From positions 1 through 60,812 of the IMG/VR virus record IMGVR_UViG_3300008267_000069: 60,812 nucleotides of DNA, one strand, 5' to 3'. The stretch comes from a virus. Taxonomy: Duplodnaviria; Caudoviricetes. The notes beneath the pieces were generated by a model. That model saw nothing but the letters and a program-made list of their open reading frames with translations, was not told the DNA's origin and searched no databases. The translations under genes and the position numbers were made by a program. Position 1 is the first letter of the stretch. Each line of letters begins with the position of its first letter. Positions 25,864-34,491 of this stretch are shown here, in pieces.

Positions 25864-26805
25864 ATGGCTTCCCGAGAAACAGCCGCCCTGCGCGCCTATC
25901 AAGCCTCCATCGCCAAGGGGCGGGCGCGCTTGGATCGTCTTCTTGACCGGCGCAGCGTGCTGGCGCTCAAGAAGTTCTACGACCGAGCGCAGGATGACCT
26001 GGAGGGGCGCCTGCACAAGATGGCTCGGGGAGTTCACAAGGAGCCGCTGACGCCGCTTCAGGTTCAGCAGTTGCTGGAGCAGGTGCGGCTGGCCCAGCAG
26101 GTCATCGCCCGCCGACTGCACCAGCAATTCATGCCCATCTCGATGGAGGCGCAGGAGGAGGGGCTGGAGCAGGTGGCTGAGACGATTGAGGAGCAGGAGC
26201 GGCGCGCCTTTGGCTTGTCAGTCACGCTTCCGTTGGGTGACCCAGCGGTGGATGCCTCGCTGGTTGAAGTGCGCCGACCTCAACTAGCCGCACTCAACGA
26301 GCGGAGCTACCGCCGGTTCGGGGAGGCGGTGGCCTCGGCCATGGAGTTGGCGTTGGCAACGGCGCTATCGATGGGCGAGACTCCGGATGATGCGATTGAC
26401 CGTGTTCGCGCTGCTGCCGACGAGGAGTGGTGGCAGAGCGAGCGAGTTATTCACACAGAGATGGCGGCAGCGTTTAACACGGCGCAGGCGGATGGGATCT
26501 CGCTGGTCGGCCCGCAATTCAAGGGACTCGGCAAGCGGTGGTGTGAACTTGTGGACGATGCTACAGGCGCTCCGTTGGATAATCGTGTCGGCAACGACTC
26601 TCTTGTACTGCATGGGCAGGTGACTGCCATGTCTGGCGTGTTCGTAATGCCGCCAGACCCGCGTGTGAGTGCGCGTATGTGGAACTTGACATACTTCAGC
26701 AGTCCTAATCGACCCAATGATCGTAGCGTAACCAATGCGTGGCGACCTGGATGGGGTGTTCCAGGGTACCTGTGGCAAGGGGGCGAGCGTGTTCCTGTTC
26801 GCTAA
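25864..26805 (+). CDS. Head morphogenesis / minor capsid protein (Mu gpF, SPP1 gp7-like)
   Basis: ERVIHTEMAAAFN, KRW, LHGQ, PNRPNDR; start re-called at MASRET. Confidence 0.8.
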   Translation: MASRETAALRAYQASIAKGRARLDRLLDRRSVLALKKFYDRAQDDLEGRLHKMARGVHKEPLTPLQVQQLLEQVRLAQQVIARRLHQQFMPISMEAQEEGLEQVAETIEEQERRAFGLSVTLPLGDPAVDASLVEVRRPQLAALNERSYRRFGEAVASAMELALATALSMGETPDDAIDRVRAAADEEWWQSERVIHTEMAAAFNTAQADGISLVGPQFKGLGKRWCELVDDATGAPLDNRVGNDSLVLHGQVTAMSGVFVMPPDPRVSARMWNLTYFSSPNRPNDRSVTNAWRPGWGVPGYLWQGGERVPVR

Positions 26806-26876
26806 TCGCTTGACAGCGTGACATATTCCCCTCAACGGCGTATTGTGCCGCTGTTGACTTTTTGTGAGGGCTGCCA

Positions 26877-27311
26877 ATGCCGGTCGATCCCAAGTTGCTG
26901 AAGTCCTACATGTCTGAGGTCAAGGAGGCCAATGAGCCTGCTGACTACGAGGAAGAGGACGAGGGCGGTGGTGAGTTTGTCCATGAGGCCGCAGAGGCGC
27001 TGGAAGAGGCTGGCGTTGAGGATGGCTATGAGGGTTTCCTCAAGGCGTTCTTTGAGGCCGCGCCGGCTATTCAGGCAGCCGCCAGCAAGATCTACGTCAC
27101 GGCGCTGGACGAGATCGAAGACGACGTGAAGGAAGAGATCGCGTCGGCTCTGGACGAAATGCCTGACGAGGTTGTCAACGGCATCAAGGAGCATCTCTCG
27201 TCGCTTGATCCTGACGACCTCCATGAGTTCGTGGAAGAGTTGGAAGAGGCCGGTGGCATTGAGAACGACGCCTCTGTCGTTGCTTGGCTCTATTGGGCCT
27301 CGCGGATCTAG
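26877..27311 (+). CDS. Highly acidic hypothetical protein
   Basis: Glu/Asp-rich ORF with RBS. Confidence 0.75.
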   Translation: MPVDPKLLKSYMSEVKEANEPADYEEEDEGGGEFVHEAAEALEEAGVEDGYEGFLKAFFEAAPAIQAAASKIYVTALDEIEDDVKEEIASALDEMPDEVVNGIKEHLSSLDPDDLHEFVEELEEAGGIENDASVVAWLYWASRI

Positions 27312-27353
27312 TGGTTTGACGATTCCTCTGCGCTAGGGGAATCTGGAGGGACT

Positions 27354-27578
27354 ATGGCGCGCACCGTCGCAATGACCTATCCGCTCGACAAGCCCATTGA
27401 GATCCGTCCCGGTGTCATGCACCGCGAGGCGGACTTCCACGGCAACACGGGCCGATGGTACGCGCTGCCCCCTGAGGCAGCAGATCGCGCATCCAAGGGC
27501 GACCTGTCGATGACCTCGATCAAGGACTTTGAGCCTCGGGCGCTGACGGCACCCGGCGCTCCCTACCGACTGAAGTAG
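27354..27578 (+). CDS. Micro-protein 1 of the paralogous array (divergent)
   Basis: GGAGG RBS; FHGNTGRWY...PGAPYRLK. Confidence 0.65.
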   Translation: MARTVAMTYPLDKPIEIRPGVMHREADFHGNTGRWYALPPEAADRASKGDLSMTSIKDFEPRALTAPGAPYRLK

Positions 27579-27587
27579 AGGCTCACC

Positions 27588-27815
27588 ATGGCGTACACTC
27601 CTCCTCCCTCCCCTGGCACTTTGCGGTCCAGCCGCAAGCGCGCCCTTGAGATCGGAACCGAGCGTTCCGGCTTTGAGGGAACGATCCCGTACGATGCGAC
27701 TGCCGGTGTGCCGGTTGGCGCCTCGACGGGACACTATGTCCAGCGGCCCCCGGCAGTCGGCGGTGCCGGCGGCTCGATCAACACGCCCACCCCGTTCGCC
27801 AACCTCAAGAAGTAG
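27588..27815 (+). CDS. Micro-protein 2 of the paralogous array
   Basis: YDATAG...TPTPFANLKK. Confidence 0.75.
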   Translation: MAYTPPPSPGTLRSSRKRALEIGTERSGFEGTIPYDATAGVPVGASTGHYVQRPPAVGGAGGSINTPTPFANLKK

Positions 27816-27824
27816 AGGATCAAC

Positions 27825-28004
27825 ATGCACAGCAACGACAAGCTGGCGTCTGCCGTCAGCCCCGCAATGCCTGAGGTGGTCAACGTCTATGACGCTGCCG
27901 CCGGCAAGTACCACAGCCGCGTGTGCGACACGCCCCCGGCACCTGCCTCGATGCACCTGCCGGGAACCCCCATGCCGTTCGCCAACCTCAAGGCTGGCAA
28001 GTAG
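27825..28004 (+). CDS. Micro-protein 3 of the paralogous array (59 aa, absent from the ORF track)
   Basis: MHSNDKL...YDAAAGKY...TPMPFANLKAGK; GAGGA RBS. Confidence 0.75.
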   Translation: MHSNDKLASAVSPAMPEVVNVYDAAAGKYHSRVCDTPPAPASMHLPGTPMPFANLKAGK

Positions 28005-28013
28005 GAGTCACAG

Positions 28014-28205
28014 ATGGATACCAGCAATGTTGGACAGGGCCGCGCTTACGCCGAGGCAGTGAACGCCTACGACGCCAAGGCCGGCAAGTACGCAGATCAG
28101 CTGCCCGCCATGCCGACCGAGAGCAAGCTGCCCACGCAGCAGATGCCCATGGCTCCCATGCCTTCGCCCTTCGTCATCAAGGGTGGCGGCGGCGGCGAGC
28201 GGTAA
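28014..28205 (+). CDS. Micro-protein 4 of the paralogous array
   Basis: YDAKAGKY...PMPSPFVIK; AGGAG RBS. Confidence 0.75.
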   Translation: MDTSNVGQGRAYAEAVNAYDAKAGKYADQLPAMPTESKLPTQQMPMAPMPSPFVIKGGGGGER

Positions 28206-28586
28206 GTGGCCGACCAGTTCACACTTGCAGGCAGCTACACGGCGACCCCGGCCTCGGGGTCGCCTTCTGCTGATCCCATGATCACGGCTCCGATCAACGA
28301 GTCGATGATGCTGGGAACAGAGCTGACCTCGCAGATCACGCTGAACGCGGACGCGCCTGCAAGCCTGCCTTTCGGCGGGCTTTCTGGCGTCAATGCGCTG
28401 ATCGTCAAGTGCGTGGGTGGGAAGGTCATTGTCCGGATCACCTCGGCGGATGGTTCCGCTCAGGCGATTCCGGTCGATTCCTTCCTTGCATTGACCAGCG
28501 CATCCGCAGACATTACGGCCGTCACGGTGCAGCGGACTCCCGCTACGCAGACGGTCGTTAAGTACTTCCTTGGCCAGAAGGCTTAG
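28206..28586 (+). CDS. Putative virion structural protein (beta-rich)
   Basis: Position in the head module; Ala/Thr/Ser-rich. Confidence 0.6.
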   Translation: MADQFTLAGSYTATPASGSPSADPMITAPINESMMLGTELTSQITLNADAPASLPFGGLSGVNALIVKCVGGKVIVRITSADGSAQAIPVDSFLALTSASADITAVTVQRTPATQTVVKYFLGQKA

Positions 28587-28615
28587 GAATCATCCCCAAC
28601 CTGGAGAGCAAGACA

Positions 28616-28978
28616 ATGGCTGAGACTCTGAAGAGCGCGCTCAACCGCGCCAACCCCAACACTCTGGCTGACGCGATGGCGAAGGTTGACTTCGGCACCA
28701 TGATCGAGCCTAAGACCGCGACTGTGGCGCAGCCTGCGGCTGCCACCATCACTCTGGACCCGCCGGCTCTGGCAGTGTTCAGCGTGCGCGTGACTGCTGG
28801 TGCTGCGGCTGCTGGCGTTCGCACCGTGACCGATGCGGGCGGCACCGCCTCTGGCACCGTCTGCACCCTGTCGGCTGACGGCGCGACCCTGACCTTTGAG
28901 GCGAACGTGACCGGCGCGGTGGTCAGCTACATGCCCCGTTCGGCCACCCCGCTCGACACCGCTTGGCCGTCGATCTAA
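28616..28978 (+). CDS. Putative head decoration/structural protein
   Basis: GGAG RBS; Ala/Thr-rich; upstream of scaffold and capsid. Confidence 0.55.
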   Translation: MAETLKSALNRANPNTLADAMAKVDFGTMIEPKTATVAQPAAATITLDPPALAVFSVRVTAGAAAAGVRTVTDAGGTASGTVCTLSADGATLTFEANVTGAVVSYMPRSATPLDTAWPSI

Positions 28979-29136
28979 TCGACTGACGCAGCGATTCCCT
29001 TCCGCCCGTGTGCGATAGCAGTTCACCGATCAACGGGACACGGCCCGCTGATCATTCTTAGCAGAAGCTCGCACTTCGACCGTCACCACGCTAACGACGG
29101 CGGTGAATAGTCGGAAAGGCGAGAGAAGGAGAGCAG

Positions 29137-29997
29137 ATGCAGGAAGAGAACACCAACCCCACCAACGAGGTGACCGCAGCGGATGCTGTGGCGGCCTCGC
29201 TTGCCCCGACCATGGAGGTTACTTCGGCTCCTGGCGCGGCAGACGTGTCCCTGCCGACCATCGCAGGTGGCAAGAACGTGATCCTCCCCCAGCACGCCAT
29301 TGGCAAGCTGAAGGAGGAGCATCGGCAGCGCGGCAAGCGCGAGGCAATGACTGAGCTGGAGGCCAAGTTCAAGGCTGCTGGCTTCTCTAGCCTTGACGAT
29401 GCGCTTGCGGCTATGGCGGCGGCTCGCAATCCGCCTCCCGCCAAGGCAGCGCAGCCGGCCAAGCAGGTGAAGGCTCCTGTGGTTGAGGAGATGGATGAAG
29501 ACGTGCAGGCAACGACCGCTGCACAGCCCTCCTCGGGCGCGGACTACACCAAGCAGTTGCAGCGACTCCAGCGTGAGCGGGAGCGTTTGGCCAAGCAGTT
29601 CGCCACTGAGCAGGCACAGCGCCGGAAGCTCCAGCGCACCCTTGAGGCCAAGGAGGCCGAGTTCGCTATTCGCGAGACGGCTGTGGGCAAGGGCGTGAAG
29701 GACGTGGATTACGCAGTGCGTCTGATTCAGCGGGAACTGGAAGGCAAGGACGAGAGGGCACTGGCTGCGTTTGACGAGGGCAAGTTCTTTGACACCCTTC
29801 GTTCGACCCATCCGTACCTTTTCGGTGAGACTGTGGTGCCGGCAAACACCGGAACCGGCGTTGGGGCTGCTCCTGCGGCTCCCAAGGCGGGCACGGTGCA
29901 GGCAGCGCAGGGTGCGGCAGGCAAGGTTGATGTCCGCACCATGAAGCCCGACGAGTACCGGAACTACCTCCGTATGCGGGGTCTGTACGCCCCCTAG
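29137..29997 (+). CDS. Capsid scaffolding protein
   Basis: Coiled coil, GVKDVDYA, HPYLF, C-terminal MKPDEY; immediately before the capsid gene. Confidence 0.78.
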   Translation: MQEENTNPTNEVTAADAVAASLAPTMEVTSAPGAADVSLPTIAGGKNVILPQHAIGKLKEEHRQRGKREAMTELEAKFKAAGFSSLDDALAAMAAARNPPPAKAAQPAKQVKAPVVEEMDEDVQATTAAQPSSGADYTKQLQRLQRERERLAKQFATEQAQRRKLQRTLEAKEAEFAIRETAVGKGVKDVDYAVRLIQRELEGKDERALAAFDEGKFFDTLRSTHPYLFGETVVPANTGTGVGAAPAAPKAGTVQAAQGAAGKVDVRTMKPDEYRNYLRMRGLYAP

Positions 29998-30056
29998 ATT
30001 GACGAAAACTGAAGGCGCACCGAATATCCGTTGCGACCTATCAAGGAGACTGACAG

Positions 30057-31463
30057 ATGGCAGATTTTAGCACCATCCTGCAAACGCCCCAGATTCGGGC
30101 CATCGTGCAGGAGAACATCCTGGAGCGTGCGTTCCACGACGCTCTCTTTCCCCGCCTGCTCTTCCGTGGCGAGGCCACCGTCCAGAACTACCCGCTGAAC
30201 GTCGGTGACTCGATGGTGTTCACGGGCGCCGGCCTCATCAAGCCCAAGATGAAGCCGCTGGTTCCGGGTTCCGATCCGGCTCCGTCGAACTACCAGTTTG
30301 AGCAGTGGACCGCGACCCTCCAGCAGTACGCGGACTCCATCGACACCAACATGCCGACCAGCATCGCGGCTATCGCCAACCTGTTCCTCCGGAACGCGGC
30401 GCAGCTGGGTATGTCGGCTGGTCAGTCCCTCAACCGCATCGTGCGTGATCGCATGTACAACGCGGCTGAGTCGGGCTGGACCGTGTCGGATGGCGCTCAG
30501 GCTGCCACCAGCGCCCTGCGCGTGAAGCGCCTCAACGGCTTCACCACCGCTCGCCGTCCGGACCTGCCGACCGGCAGCGCCGTGCGCTTCTCGACCGTCA
30601 GCACCAACAACCCCCTCCCGATCACCGTCTATGACTCTGCGCTGGCCGCTCCGGTCAACGTCAACGTCATCGGCTTCTCGCCCGACATTCCGGGTGACGA
30701 GATCGGTCCTGGCGTCCTCGTCCTCTCGGCTCCCGTGACCGTGGCTGATCGTGGCTACGTCTACAGCGCCGACCGCTCCTTCATCGTTCGCGTCGGTGGC
30801 GGCAACAGCGTTGACGACATCGGCTCCAACGACACCCTGAAGCTGTCGGACATCCGCGCTGCGGTTGCCCGCTTCTGGCAGGAGAACGTTCCGGAGCATG
30901 CAGACGGCCGCTTCCACTGCCACCTTGACCCGACCGCACAGGCTCAGGTCTTCGGTGATCAGGAGTGGCGCCAGCTGCTCACCTCGCTGCCCGACTACTA
31001 CATGTACCGTCAGTTCGCCCTTGGCGAGCTGCTGAACACCGTCTTCTTCCGTAACTCGGAGTGCCCGCTGCCCGAGACGGTTGAGGGTGGTCTGACCGCG
31101 ACCTACACCCCGGACGACCCGTTCGCTGGCGAACTTTACAACGACGGAACCCCCGCCGGCGTGAAGATCCACCGCGCACTGTTCACCGGTCAGGGTGGCG
31201 TGTACGAGTACTATCAGGATCTCGCTGGTCTGATCACCGACGCTGGCCTCACCGGCAAGGTGGGCGAGCCTCGCGTGACCAACAACAGCATCGAGGTCTT
31301 CACCGAGCGGATCCAGCTGATCCTGCGCTCGCCGCTGAACCGCCTCCAGGACCAGGTTTCGACCTCCTGGAAGTTCATCGGTGACTGGCCGGTTCGCACC
31401 GACGCCACCACTGGCGATGCGGCACGCTATAAGCGTTTCGCGGTCGTGATGAGCGGCGAGTAA
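30057..31463 (+). CDS. Major capsid protein
   Basis: 468 aa, strong codon bias, follows the scaffold, ends at a terminator; LQQYADSI and LNRLQD segments. Confidence 0.88.
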   Translation: MADFSTILQTPQIRAIVQENILERAFHDALFPRLLFRGEATVQNYPLNVGDSMVFTGAGLIKPKMKPLVPGSDPAPSNYQFEQWTATLQQYADSIDTNMPTSIAAIANLFLRNAAQLGMSAGQSLNRIVRDRMYNAAESGWTVSDGAQAATSALRVKRLNGFTTARRPDLPTGSAVRFSTVSTNNPLPITVYDSALAAPVNVNVIGFSPDIPGDEIGPGVLVLSAPVTVADRGYVYSADRSFIVRVGGGNSVDDIGSNDTLKLSDIRAAVARFWQENVPEHADGRFHCHLDPTAQAQVFGDQEWRQLLTSLPDYYMYRQFALGELLNTVFFRNSECPLPETVEGGLTATYTPDDPFAGELYNDGTPAGVKIHRALFTGQGGVYEYYQDLAGLITDAGLTGKVGEPRVTNNSIEVFTERIQLILRSPLNRLQDQVSTSWKFIGDWPVRTDATTGDAARYKRFAVVMSGE

Positions 31464-31472
31464 GCACACAAA

Positions 31473-31519
31473 GTGGGGCGCCCTGCCTGATCTAGATGCG
31501 GGCGCCCCACCTTCTTTTT
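31473..31519 (+). terminator. Rho-independent terminator after the capsid gene
   Basis: GTGGGGCGCCC...GGGCGCCCCAC followed by TTCTTTTT. Confidence 0.85.
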
Positions 31520-31837
31520 CGCTCCACCCACGATGTGGGTTCATGTTCGGGACTTGACTGTTCCGTCTTGGAGCGATCCCGGTTGCTTGGTCACCTGTGG
31601 TGGCCCTTGTCACGGCACCGGGTTTTGCTGGTCCCTTTGTGGTCCAGCGTCGGGGCAAACCCAGCGTTTTTACGCTTGGAGCCGCCCCATCCTGCGGTGA
31701 TAGGACTCGCTCGCCTTCATGGCTCGTCGTTCGTCCTATCGGCTTTGTCTGCGGGGTCGGTCTGTTTGGGATCACTACTCCCGCCACGGGGTCGGTCACC
31801 CCGGTTAATCGTGATTCCTGTTTATGACCGGCCCCGC
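31519..31837 (+). ncRNA. Candidate structured non-coding RNA (~320 nt)
   Basis: Run of consecutive stems with G-U pairs favouring the + strand; A-poor; no convincing ORF. Confidence 0.55.
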
Positions 31838-31872
31838 GCCGCTTTCCCTCAGAGATGAGGATGGAGATTTCA

Positions 31873-32181
31873 ATGGGTCGTCGGCGCAAGGAAGTGGCAT
31901 CGCAGGACACCGTGGAGGCCGTCGAGGCTGACCAGGTGGACGCTGCCGCAGAGGCGCAGGCTCTGGTTGAGGCCGAGGTGCTTCCCGAGAGCGTTGCCGC
32001 GCAGGAGGGCGCTCCGGTCGCTGCTCCGACCAAGTGGGTGGTCAAGGAAGACAAGACCGTGTCGCTGTTCGGACAGATGACGCTTCTGCCTGCCGGCACA
32101 GTGGTTTCGGCAGCCTCCTATGGTCCAGCCGGATTGCGGCGTATCATGGAGCAGGGCGTGACGCTGGAGCCAGTGGCCTAG
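31873..32181 (+). CDS. Hypothetical capsid-associated protein
   Basis: GGAG RBS before MGRRRKE; lies between the capsid and neck genes. Confidence 0.7.
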   Translation: MGRRRKEVASQDTVEAVEADQVDAAAEAQALVEAEVLPESVAAQEGAPVAAPTKWVVKEDKTVSLFGQMTLLPAGTVVSAASYGPAGLRRIMEQGVTLEPVA

Positions 32182-32204
32182 CAGCACGTCAGAGGAGGTG
32201 AGCC

Positions 32205-32612
32205 ATGGCGCTAACTGAAGAAGAGCAGCAGAGGACAAGGTACCACCTCGGCTACCTTAGCGTATCGCCTGCTGTTGCGCTGAACTTTGGCCTGCCTCGA
32301 CCCTCGCAGACGCTGTTCCTTGTCGAGTCGGCCATGCAGTACATCATGCCGGTGGCCGAGGACAAGGTGCGGCAGATCCTGTCCGTGATGGACGGGATTG
32401 AGTGTCGGCTGGTGGATGCTCAGACGCGCCTTGCGGCCTCGTCCATCGACAACCTGACCATGCGGCGAGACGAGCCGGATGCGCTGGAGGCTGAGTACTA
32501 CCGCTGGGGCGGACGCCTTGCAGACATCTTGGGTGTGCCGTTCTACGCCTACAGCAACCGCTACAAGCGCCATGGTGCCAAGTTCGCCGGCAGCATCCCG
32601 GTGAGGAACTAA
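32205..32612 (+). CDS. Head-tail adaptor
   Basis: MALTEEE..R.RYHLGY, helical; synteny. Confidence 0.65.
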   Translation: MALTEEEQQRTRYHLGYLSVSPAVALNFGLPRPSQTLFLVESAMQYIMPVAEDKVRQILSVMDGIECRLVDAQTRLAASSIDNLTMRRDEPDALEAEYYRWGGRLADILGVPFYAYSNRYKRHGAKFAGSIPVRN

Positions 32613-32615
32613 GCC

Positions 32616-33164
32616 ATGGGCGCGTGCGACACGCCGCAGTTCACGCAGTTGAACGGGCTGGATTTGTCGCGCACGCTGGCACGTCAGCTCATCTCGACTG
32701 TGGACTCCTTGCGCGACCTTGCCACGCAGTTCGGGCTGCGCCCTTATGAGGTCCGGATGGTACGGACCAAGTGGAGCGGTGGCGAGCGTGGCGTGGGGCA
32801 GGAGTTTGTCGTCTTTGACGAGCCGATTCTGCCGACGCCGCTCATCATGGGATTGGACGGCGTGACTCGCATCGTACAGCCGGTGGGGCTGGACGAGATC
32901 GGTGCTTGTCAGGTCACGGAGATCTCTGGCCGGTATGCCGAGGGCTACCTGACCGGCAACGACGCAGACGGCAACCCGCTTGATCCGGACGTGCAGTACT
33001 ACTTTGAGGTGGTGTTCCCGACTCCAGGGTCGGTGACTGATGGCGCTCCTCGGCGGCGGTTCTATGCCTCCAGCGCCCCCACCTATGATGCTGGCGGCTT
33101 TCAGTGGCGAGTCAATCTGCAAAGGTCGCACAGCGACCGGCGGAACGACGGGAGTCCGTACTGA
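32616..33164 (+). CDS. Head closure/stopper protein
   Basis: Synteny, beta-rich. Confidence 0.55.
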   Translation: MGACDTPQFTQLNGLDLSRTLARQLISTVDSLRDLATQFGLRPYEVRMVRTKWSGGERGVGQEFVVFDEPILPTPLIMGLDGVTRIVQPVGLDEIGACQVTEISGRYAEGYLTGNDADGNPLDPDVQYYFEVVFPTPGSVTDGAPRRRFYASSAPTYDAGGFQWRVNLQRSHSDRRNDGSPY

Positions 33165-33763
33165 TGGCTACGGCGCGTCGGATTATTGACACGCGCAGTC
33201 TGAGCCGCATCCCGCGTGTGCTGGAGCGATATCGGCAGGAAGTCAATCGCGAGGCATACAAGGGACTGAAGGACGTAGCCAAGTCGGCCGTGGACGTAAT
33301 GCAGATGGCTGTGAGGGCGGCGCCTCCGACGCACTATCCGTCCTCCTCGGCTCCGGTTAAGGGTAGCCGCTCCAAGTTGCCTGCCATGCCGCTGGTCAAT
33401 AATGGTGCCGTGGCTTCCGGTCGGTACTTGAAGGATTGGAAGGCCAAGCGCATGACCATGGCCGGGGTCATGGGCGTCTTGATCTACAACACCAAGGTCT
33501 ATGCGCCCAACATCGAGTACGGGCGCAAGCCAGGTCGAATGCCTCCGGTGCAAGCTATTCGGCAATGGCTGCAAAAGAAGTTCTCACTGCCCTATCGGCA
33601 AGCCAAGAAGCTGGCCTATCCTGTGGCGCGAAAAATCGCCCAGCGTGGAATTCCGGGGCGCAAGATCCTGACCGCAGAACGCACAGCAGACGCGCTGTTT
33701 TTCTATCTTGAAGAAGCCGTTGAGAAGGCAATTCAGCGGGCCGCAAGGCGGGTGTTCCCATGA
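33164..33763 (+). CDS. Neck protein (HK97 gp10-like)
   Basis: SGRYLKDW...YAPNIEYGRKPG; basic; TGATG overlap. Confidence 0.7.
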   Translation: MATARRIIDTRSLSRIPRVLERYRQEVNREAYKGLKDVAKSAVDVMQMAVRAAPPTHYPSSSAPVKGSRSKLPAMPLVNNGAVASGRYLKDWKAKRMTMAGVMGVLIYNTKVYAPNIEYGRKPGRMPPVQAIRQWLQKKFSLPYRQAKKLAYPVARKIAQRGIPGRKILTAERTADALFFYLEEAVEKAIQRAARRVFP

Positions 33764-34458
33764 GTGTCTGCTGTCCGACATGCGGCGCTCCTGCTCCTGC
33801 GCCTCTTCAGCCCACGCGAAACAGCGTTCAGTTGAAGCCTGGAGCAAAGCCACAATCCGCACTCATTCGCGACCCGGAAACGCTGATTCACCTGACCGGC
33901 TATCGCGAGACGGACGTGCATACGGCCCTTGCGCGAGGTCTGGCTGAGTACATCGGGCAGCAGAGCATTGAGATCGGCGGTCGCAAGCTCCAGCTGACTA
34001 CCTACACCACTTGGGCCGAGCCGGAAGATGCCGTTCGGTACCCGTCAGCGGTGGTTGGTGCGGATGCTGGCGTTTACGACCGAGGGTTCACGCCCTCGCT
34101 CTTGACCACGATCAGCGGCAACACGCGGCTAGTCGCCTACACTGAGTTTGCTCAGGATCTGACTTTGGACGTGTGGGCGACCGATCCTAAGGAGCGGTCC
34201 TATCTTGCGGCCATGGTCGAGGAGGCGCTTAATCCCGTGGACTGGATGTACGGGATGCGGCTGATCCTGCCCTTCTACCACGCAGCCCCGGCGACCTACG
34301 AATTGCTGTCCAGCCAGTATGTGGACAGCAGCGATGATGCGATGGCCAAGTACCGTCGCGTGCAGTTCACCATCAAGGGAAACGTCACAGCCTACAGGCT
34401 GCTTGACTTTCCCGATGCATACCCACGGGCGCAGGTGGACGTTATCCAGCCCCCGTGA
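33760..34458 (+). CDS. Tail terminator/completion protein
   Basis: YPSAVV and LDVWA pattern; immediately before the sheath. Confidence 0.6.
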   Translation: MSVCCPTCGAPAPAPLQPTRNSVQLKPGAKPQSALIRDPETLIHLTGYRETDVHTALARGLAEYIGQQSIEIGGRKLQLTTYTTWAEPEDAVRYPSAVVGADAGVYDRGFTPSLLTTISGNTRLVAYTEFAQDLTLDVWATDPKERSYLAAMVEEALNPVDWMYGMRLILPFYHAAPATYELLSSQYVDSSDDAMAKYRRVQFTIKGNVTAYRLLDFPDAYPRAQVDVIQPP

Positions 34459-34491
34459 TACCTACGTCCGATAGCTAGGAGGCTTTCCCCT

